DNA from: Candidatus Woesearchaeota archaeon
Lineage (GTDB): Archaea; Nanobdellota; Nanobdellia; SCGC-AAA011-G17; PNOQ01
Assembly (NCBI GenBank): GCA_964603065.1
Contig: CAZRTL010000006.1
Location: forward strand, 84-64,083
Length of the DNA: 64,000 nucleotides
Direction: 5' to 3'
Both the position numbers and the translations under genes were made by a program. Below, in pieces: positions 57,823 through 64,000 of this stretch (positions are counted from its first letter, which is position 1; the number at the start of each line of letters is the position of its first letter). A model generated the notes under the pieces. That model was given only the letters and a program-made list of their open reading frames with translations, searched no databases and was not told where the DNA came from.

Positions 57823-59007
57823 CTTTGATTTTTGCATTCTTTTGTATATCCCGCCTTGCCTTATTATTATGTTATGTTCATCTAATATCCTTTTTATAAT
57901 TTTTGTTGAGGATAAATTTTGTTCTAAACAACTATTGACCTTAGTTCCTAACCATTTTGGCCAGTGATGCGGCAGTTTCTCTGCGTTGATTATTTTTTCC
58001 ATTAATTGATATCGATAAGACTGTACCATTGGATTAAACAATGGGAGAGAATATGCATCTTCTAATCTTATTTTTACTTGTTGCATAGTTTTTTTATGTA
58101 AATTTCCTATATTAGATTGTATGTTTAATGAGTCAAATATTTTTTGGATAAATTCTGCATTTGGTTTTGTGACTATCCCCGCCCTATATTGAGTTATATC
58201 TATATATCCATCACTATCTGCAATCCCCTGTAAGAAACTTATTTTGAATTGTTTTGGAGCTTTTAATATCCAATCTGATTTTATTTTATCATAGCTTGTA
58301 AGTTCAGTATTTTTTAGCCCTAAACAAACCTTGAATGCCCAATCGATTAACGGAGAGCATTGGGAATGCCATGCATAAAAATCATGTGGGTTTCTTTTTC
58401 CTTTTGGGCAGTTTTTTGTTCTGTTTATTTTAATTCCTAAGGATTTCAAACAATGAGATGCATACTTTCCGAAATTTAAGTTGGTTTTGAATTTGGTAGT
58501 CAATCTTAACTGGATTCTCCTTGTAACCTTATTTTTTCTTTTTATTCCATGTTTTGATGCGTCCCCAACCATTATCCCAAGGATGTACCCTAATTCTTTT
58601 TCAATATTTTTTGAATTTAGTTGGGACAAAACATTAGTTATATCAGAATATTTATTGATTTTCTCAGGAACATTAATCCATGGTCCAGTTTGTATTCCCC
58701 CTCTTGTTGAATTAATTGATAATATTTTTTTATTTGGTTTTAGTTGATTGTAGTAGTTCAGGTAGTGTGCAATACATGGGATAGATTCTTCTCGAAACCA
58801 TTTAGTTATTGTGAATTTGGAAACATTTATGATTTTTGAGATTTTATTGACCGGCATTTTTCTATTTCTTAATCTATACGCTTTTAAGAATAATTTTAAT
58901 GTTTCTTTTTCTTTATTTGAAAAACTTGTCCCCCAGAAAATATTTAAAAATGTTAAATCTTTTACTTTTTTATCGTTTGATAACTTTATTATCTCTTCTG
59001 TTTTCAT
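57769..59007 (-). CDS. LAGLIDADG endonuclease-like protein fused in frame to kae1 exon 1
   Basis: GYILGIMVGDA and FLQGIADSDG; last 17 aa are MEKENPIILGIESTALD; the stop lies inside the intron. Confidence 0.88.
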   Translation of the reverse strand: MKTEEIIKLSNDKKVKDLTFLNIFWGTSFSNKEKETLKLFLKAYRLRNRKMPVNKISKIINVSKFTITKWFREESIPCIAHYLNYYNQLKPNKKILSINSTRGGIQTGPWINVPEKINKYSDITNVLSQLNSKNIEKELGYILGIMVGDASKHGIKRKNKVTRRIQLRLTTKFKTNLNFGKYASHCLKSLGIKINRTKNCPKGKRNPHDFYAWHSQCSPLIDWAFKVCLGLKNTELTSYDKIKSDWILKAPKQFKISFLQGIADSDGYIDITQYRAGIVTKPNAEFIQKIFDSLNIQSNIGNLHKKTMQQVKIRLEDAYSLPLFNPMVQSYRYQLMEKIINAEKLPHHWPKWLGTKVNSCLEQNLSSTKIIKRILDEHNIIIRQGGIYKRMQKSKMEKENPIILGIESTALD

Positions 59008-59047
59008 ATCTACTTATTGAATTTTATCTTTATAAACTCTTTTTGTG

Positions 59048-59061
59048 TACTTGACAACATA
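59048..59061 (-). promoter_or_regulatory. 14-bp motif TATGTTGTCAAGTA upstream of LAGLIDADG gene (copy 2)
   Basis: Identical to 53423..53436. Confidence 0.7.
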
Positions 59062-59154
59062 GTTTTACATTCTTTAATTCCAAGAATTATTGGATTTTTC
59101 ATATATTTTTATTTTTTAATAAGACTTATAAATTGTTTTGTTTTCCCTATTTTT

Positions 59155-59460
59155 ATGGAAACAAAAAGAAAAAATATATTATTTGAAAATATGAGGAAAG
59201 AACTTGAGTCTTCGGGTTTAGTCCAAGTTGTGGCCTCTCAAAGTTTTTTAAGAGGAGTTCATAATTGCAATGCCGAAGGAGTTATTTGTATAAATTATAA
59301 AAATCCTGAAACTACCCTTGGAGATGTTAGAAGTTTTTTAGATAGGGAAGGAGATTTAGAAAGTAAAGGGAATGGAGAGTTGGTTTATCAAGTAAATTAT
59401 GTAGAGAGACACTCTTCTGGATATGATAAAGTTGTAGTTAGAGAAATATTTCCCAAATAA
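59155..59460 (+). CDS. Hypothetical protein
   Basis: ATG at 59155 with upstream TTATAAA. Confidence 0.55.
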   Translation: METKRKNILFENMRKELESSGLVQVVASQSFLRGVHNCNAEGVICINYKNPETTLGDVRSFLDREGDLESKGNGELVYQVNYVERHSSGYDKVVVREIFPK

Positions 59461-59495
59461 AAATCCTTAAAAATAATCTTTTACTCTTTCATTTT

Positions 59496-59690
59496 ATGAG
59501 AAACGTTAATCTAGAGATAGGAAGGCCTTTATTTCATATACTTATGGATAGATTGATGAGTGTTGGAGATGTTGAAGTTAAATCGAGAAAAGAAGAGTAT
59601 TTTGTTGGAGACTTTTATGAAACTCGACGAGGAGTTATATTGATTAATTTTGATTTTGTTAATTTTAGCTTATATGCAATTATTCTCTAA
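59496..59690 (+). CDS. Small hypothetical protein
   Basis: 64-aa ORF; no motif. Confidence 0.35.
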   Translation: MRNVNLEIGRPLFHILMDRLMSVGDVEVKSRKEEYFVGDFYETRRGVILINFDFVNFSLYAIIL

Positions 59691-59727
59691 GAGGAAGCCT
59701 CTAAACAAATTCAAGAAAGTTTAGAAA

Positions 59728-60912
59728 TTATTTTCCTAGAATTAACTCTATTATATCTAAATGTTTTAAGGTATGATCTTTGCCAATAGTTCTTTTTGTT
59801 TTTACATCTATGGCTCTAATGAAATTCTTTCCGAAATCTGTATGTAATCTGAATGCAAAGTCCAAAGATGTTGTTCCCTCTTTCATTAAGAAGCAATCTG
59901 GTAGAACTCTTCCTTCGGAATCTTCTAATTTAGAAACCCCTCCGGGATGTATAGCAATCCTTTTTAGTAAATCAAAAACTGCTGTGTCTAATATTTTTTG
60001 AACCCCAGTAAAATTAAATTTGGATAAAACATTATTTTTTATTAAGTCTAAGCCTTCTTTTTGTTTTTCATTTAAATCCCCTTTAAGTTCAAAATTGTTT
60101 TCTCCAGGAATATATGAAATTAGATTGTGTTTTGTAGCTTCTTTTAATGCTAATTCAGATTCTGCTGAGCAAGATATTAGGATATGATCTGGAAATTCTT
60201 TTTTTAGAGCTTCATAATTTTTTTCTGAACCAGGAATATCTATTTTGTTGCATGCTATTATCATAGGTTTTGTTTGTTTTCTTAATTCTGAAGCTAGCTT
60301 TAGCATTTGTTCTTCACTCCATTCCATAGGATTTTCTGGAAGTTCTTTTACTTCTTTTGATACCATGTCTACAGTTACTCTCAATCCAGATAGCTGTTTA
60401 GCTAGAGCTTTTGAAATATCTAAATGTTCTTGATGTACCTGTCTAGCAAACTTTTCCCAGCCTTTTTTTAATATTTGGAAGTACCACATGTCCAATTCGA
60501 ATTCTAGGAATCTTATGTCGTTACTTGGACTATATGATAAGGTTGGAACTGGTTCTCCTTTTTCGTTTGTTGAACCTGAAATATCTATTACATGAATTAA
60601 AGCATCTGCTTGGTTTAAATCTCCCAAAAACTGATTCCCCATGCCCTTTCCTTCATGTGCTCCAGGAACTAATCCTGCTACGTCTAAAAGTTCAACGGGT
60701 ACAAATCTATATTTATCTAGGACAAAACCTTCTCTAGGATTGGCTGTTTTATCAAATTCTCTTGCTATGTCTAGAATTTTTGCATGTCCTGCTCCATGAT
60801 TTGGTTTTATTGTTGTGAAGGGATAATTAGCTATATCTATGTCTGCTAAGGTCATAGCTTTGAAAAATGTTGATTTCCCGCTGCTGGGTTTGCCTACTAT
60901 TCCAATTAACAT
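59728..60912 (-). CDS. ychF: YchF/Ola1-like OBG-family ATPase/GTPase with TGS
   Basis: GKPSSGKST, ANYPFTTIKPN, DVAGLVPGA..GKG.GN.FL, NKID. Confidence 0.92.
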   Translation of the reverse strand: MLIGIVGKPSSGKSTFFKAMTLADIDIANYPFTTIKPNHGAGHAKILDIAREFDKTANPREGFVLDKYRFVPVELLDVAGLVPGAHEGKGMGNQFLGDLNQADALIHVIDISGSTNEKGEPVPTLSYSPSNDIRFLEFELDMWYFQILKKGWEKFARQVHQEHLDISKALAKQLSGLRVTVDMVSKEVKELPENPMEWSEEQMLKLASELRKQTKPMIIACNKIDIPGSEKNYEALKKEFPDHILISCSAESELALKEATKHNLISYIPGENNFELKGDLNEKQKEGLDLIKNNVLSKFNFTGVQKILDTAVFDLLKRIAIHPGGVSKLEDSEGRVLPDCFLMKEGTTSLDFAFRLHTDFGKNFIRAIDVKTKRTIGKDHTLKHLDIIELILGK

Positions 60913-60962
60913 AGTTTTGATAGAATAGAAGTTTATTTAAATAATTTTGTTTTCCCTTTTTT

Positions 60963-61457
60963 ATGTTACCATTTGGTCATTTGATATTTGCTTGGGTGAT
61001 AGGGTTAATTATCCAGAAATTAGCAAGAGTTAAGATATCCAGATTAGCTTGGGCATTATTATTATTTGGAGCTATTTTACCCGATGTTGATTATTTATTT
61101 TCTTTATTTTTGGGAGTGCCCTTACATAGAGGAATTACCCATTCTTTAATTTTTGTAGTTTTTAGTTTTTTTACAGTTTTTGTTATTTTAAACCATTATA
61201 AATTGGGAAAGGAGACCATGTTTTTTTCATTTGGACTTTTGACTCACTTATTTGCAGATATATTTTTTCCAACAGGAATTTTATTGTTCTGGCCGATTGG
61301 AACTTGGTTTAGTATATATGGAATTAGTAATTTAGCTAATTTGCCTTTAGTTGATGCTAGTTTATTTAAAAATTATATACTCAAATTTAGTATTGATACT
61401 TTTTTAGGATTGGTTTGGTTTGTATATTTATATTTTAAAGGAAAAATTAATTTTTAA
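60963..61457 (+). CDS. Membrane metal-dependent hydrolase (YdjM-like)
   Basis: GH, LPDVD, HRGITHS, HLFAD. Confidence 0.88.
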   Translation: MLPFGHLIFAWVIGLIIQKLARVKISRLAWALLLFGAILPDVDYLFSLFLGVPLHRGITHSLIFVVFSFFTVFVILNHYKLGKETMFFSFGLLTHLFADIFFPTGILLFWPIGTWFSIYGISNLANLPLVDASLFKNYILKFSIDTFLGLVWFVYLYFKGKINF

Positions 61458-62253
61458 AACCCATTATATGATAAACTAATTGGGCTGCTCCCCTTTCTGT
61501 TAAATTATTATTTTTTATTGGAGAAACTTCGACTATGTCTGATCCAATTACATTCTTTTTTTCAAAGATTTTTTTTAGCAACTCTATTGTAAAATACCAG
61601 TCTAGACCGCCCTGAACAGGAGTTCCTGTTGCAGGCATAAAAGAAGGATCAATTCCATCTACATCAATTGTTATATAAACATTATCCGTTTTTATTTTTT
61701 TTATTATTTCATCTATATCTACTTTTATTGGGCATGTAAAAATAGTGTCTTTGAAATCTTCTACGTATTTTGTTTCATCACTGTCAAAAACTCTTATTCC
61801 TACTTGAACTGTTTTAAGTCCAAACTCCCTTATTCTTCTCATGACACAAGAATGATCAAATTTTGTTGGAGAACTGTTAAATCTTGGACTTTCGTTTCGC
61901 ATATCTAAATGTGCATCTATTTGTAATACTGTTATATCTTTGTGCTTTTCTTTTAATGAATCTAAAATTCCAATTGTTATTGAATGTTCTCCGCCTATAG
62001 AAATTGGAAAAGAGTCTGTTTCATTTAGAGTAGATTTTACTTTTTCTATCATTTCTTCAGGCTTTAAGTTTTCTACGTTAGCTTCTTTTTCTTCTATATC
62101 TATTTTATCAAAAGTTGTATCTTTTATGTAAGGATCATAATCTTCTATTTGTTCGAAGAGCATTTTTTTTATTGCTTCGGGTCCTTTTGAAGTTCCTTTT
62201 TTTCCAGATGCTGTTCCTTCGTATGGAATTGAAATTAGTGTTATTTTTTTCAT
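61447..62253 (-). CDS. speB: Agmatinase (ureohydrolase family)
   Basis: GGEHSIT, QIDAHLD, TIDVDGIDPS.MPATGTP..GG, DIVE. Confidence 0.92.
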   Translation of the reverse strand: MKKITLISIPYEGTASGKKGTSKGPEAIKKMLFEQIEDYDPYIKDTTFDKIDIEEKEANVENLKPEEMIEKVKSTLNETDSFPISIGGEHSITIGILDSLKEKHKDITVLQIDAHLDMRNESPRFNSSPTKFDHSCVMRRIREFGLKTVQVGIRVFDSDETKYVEDFKDTIFTCPIKVDIDEIIKKIKTDNVYITIDVDGIDPSFMPATGTPVQGGLDWYFTIELLKKIFEKKNVIGSDIVEVSPIKNNNLTERGAAQLVYHIMGFKN

Positions 62254-62346
62254 TTTTTAATAATTTTGTTTAAGAATTTGCATTTTAAGCCTTTCTATTT
62301 TGATATTAGAAACTTTTATATATCAAATTTTAGTCTTCTTTATTGT

Positions 62347-62462
62347 GAGCCCGTAGCTTAGCCTGGTTTATAGCACTGGTCTTATATGACGGTTGCTGAT
62401 TTAGGTCAGTAGCTTGCTAAGAACACCAGAGGTCGGGGGTTCAAATCCCCTCGGGCTCACCA
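62347..62462 (+). tRNA. tRNA-Ile (TAT) with 37-nt intron at 37/38 (62387..62423), CCA encoded
   Basis: GAGCCCG/CGGGCTC acceptor; CTGGT-CTTATA[intron]C-ACCAG; BHB-type CTTA/TAAG helix. Confidence 0.92.
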
Positions 62463-62496
62463 TTAATTTTATAAGGTTTTATTTTTATTGGGAATT

Positions 62497-62796
62497 ATGG
62501 TTCATTCGAATTTTGGTTTGAGACATTTACATAGAAGAAAGAGAAAGAATTTTATTGATAGATTTATTTATATTTTTGCTATTGGTGGGCCTTTGATGAA
62601 TATCCCCCAATTACTAAAAATTTGGATTGAAAAAAGTGCTTCCGGTGTTTCTATAATCTCTTGGGTTGGTTTTTCTTTGACTGCGTTGATTTGGTTAATA
62701 TACGGAGTTATCCATAAAGAAAAACCAATTGTTGTAGCTAATGTTTTGTATTTTGTTCTACAAATTGGAATTATTGTTGGAGCCTTGTTGTACTAG
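62497..62796 (+). CDS. SemiSWEET/PQ-loop family transporter
   Basis: IPQLLKI, S.SGVS, WLIYG, PIVVAN. Confidence 0.85.
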   Translation: MVHSNFGLRHLHRRKRKNFIDRFIYIFAIGGPLMNIPQLLKIWIEKSASGVSIISWVGFSLTALIWLIYGVIHKEKPIVVANVLYFVLQIGIIVGALLY

Positions 62797-62835
62797 AGAA
62801 ACATTTAAAAACTCTTAACTTTCTCAGTTCGTTAT

Positions 62836-62910
62836 GCTCCTGTAGTGTAGTCCGGCCAAGCATCCATGGTTTTCGTCCATGGGACCCGGGTTCAAATCCC
62901 GGCGGGAGCA
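62836..62910 (+). tRNA. tRNA-Glu (TTC)
   Basis: GCTCCTG/CGGGAGC acceptor, CATGG-TTTTCGT-CCATG anticodon arm. Confidence 0.96.
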
Positions 62911-62956
62911 TACTTTTATTTTTAGAAAAAATTAAAGAAATGTTGGGGAACCTGAC

Positions 62957-63742
62957 ATGGATGTTAGTGATCCTTTTGGAAAGGATGAGCGTGCTTTGAC
63001 TGAATCATTGCCTCTGAGAGTTCAAAAAATGATTGAGGATAGATTTGAGAAAGGAGAATCTTTAGATATAGATTATAGAAATTATTTTTCTCCGGGTCAA
63101 GAAAGGAAAATTAGAGCTGAAGCATACATAGCCACTTTTGATCAACTTAATGATTTAACTACACGAATTTTAGATTCGGAATCTATTATTTTAAAAAATG
63201 CTGCCACCATAGTAAGGGATACTATTTTGGATATGTACATGAAAGAATCTGCAAAGAAAAAAACTACTCCGATAACTACTCCTTCATTATTTTCACCCAA
63301 TGCCAAATGTGGAGAAAGAGATTTTTCTGGTGCGGCAAATTCTTTTGTTGGAGATTTGACTGAGATTGTAGACGAGTTAGATAAAGTTTTTGTTAAATGT
63401 TCTAGGTTAGCTACGTTTAGTGGAGATCCCACTTTGAAAGATATAGCTAGCGAATTTGGCCAAGTTTTGGAGAGCAAAGTTATGCCCGGTTTGTTAGTTG
63501 AAGGAAAATATTTAACTGACGATTGGGAAATTGATAAGGGAGCAGTTGCTGAAGAAGTGGTACCTAATTTTATGAACCTAGCCGATTATATTCATAATGC
63601 ATTGGATGATTTCAATGTAAAATCTGCACTAGAAGCTAGAGAATTGATTAAAAAAGTTGTTAGAGTTACTAATAAAATAAAATCTTCTGAGGTATCTAAA
63701 CAATTTTTAGAGGCTGTTTTATTACCTGGCTCGTCAGAATAA
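62957..63742 (+). CDS. Hypothetical helical protein
   Basis: 261-aa ORF; no motif recognised. Confidence 0.65.
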   Translation: MDVSDPFGKDERALTESLPLRVQKMIEDRFEKGESLDIDYRNYFSPGQERKIRAEAYIATFDQLNDLTTRILDSESIILKNAATIVRDTILDMYMKESAKKKTTPITTPSLFSPNAKCGERDFSGAANSFVGDLTEIVDELDKVFVKCSRLATFSGDPTLKDIASEFGQVLESKVMPGLLVEGKYLTDDWEIDKGAVAEEVVPNFMNLADYIHNALDDFNVKSALEARELIKKVVRVTNKIKSSEVSKQFLEAVLLPGSSE

Positions 63743-63833
63743 TTTTTTATTTATCTGATTTTATTTGTTGTTGAGGTTAAATTTATCAAGTAGAAAGTTT
63801 TATAAAAGAGAGTTGAACTTTGAAATTTATAAG

Positions 63834-63935
63834 ATGAAGCGAAGCAGTAACCGTTGGAAGAAAAAAGGTCAGATGCGTTGGAAGTGGCAACGTAAGAAGA
63901 TGAAGAAAGAAAAAAGAAAAAGAAAGAATAAATAA
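63834..63935 (+). CDS. rpl41e: Ribosomal protein L41e-like peptide (not in ORF track)
   Basis: Manual translation MKRSSNRWKKKGQMRWKWQRKKMKKEKRKRKNK; TTTATAAA upstream. Confidence 0.85.
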   Translation: MKRSSNRWKKKGQMRWKWQRKKMKKEKRKRKNK

Positions 63936-64000
63936 TTAGGACTTCATTTACTACTTTTACATCAGAAAACTTTATAAACACCACACGTTCTCATTTCAAT

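Noticed and set aside
57769..59007. LAGLIDADG ORF as an intein in Kae1
   Set aside because: It lies upstream of the Kae1 N-terminus and shows no intein splice-junction motifs (N-terminal Cys/Ser block, His-Asn end).
63751..63984. 77-aa minus-strand ORF
   Set aside because: Phe/Ser-rich antisense shadow of the L41e-like gene.

Overview
AT-rich archaeal chromosome segment. Gene content and style suggest a DPANN archaeon, probably Woesearchaeota-like (an inference, not a tested placement). Most of it is housekeeping: ribosomal-protein/RNA polymerase cluster, elp3, dnaG, thermosome, ftsY/srp54, tfb, kae1/bud32, a stand-alone 5S rRNA, SRP RNA and 8 tRNA genes, two with introns and one an Ile-UAU. 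Four things stand out. (1) kae1 is interrupted by an 18-nt stop-containing insertion that folds into a canonical bulge-helix-bulge; splicing it restores the conserved GIESTAHTFG motif, making it a candidate mRNA intron. (2) Three free-standing LAGLIDADG genes each run into a substrate of the tRNA-processing machinery (tRNA-Thr, tRNA-Leu, the kae1 intron), and two share an identical 14-bp upstream motif. (3) An apparently split Rhs system: a YD-repeat shell gene lacking its core, plus two signal-peptide-bearing core+cargo genes, one carrying LysM and an M15 peptidoglycan peptidase; a 2339-aa surface protein also ends in an M15 domain. (4) Unannotated structured RNAs upstream of dnaG and rps15. 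All product calls rest on motif recognition by eye; no searches were run.
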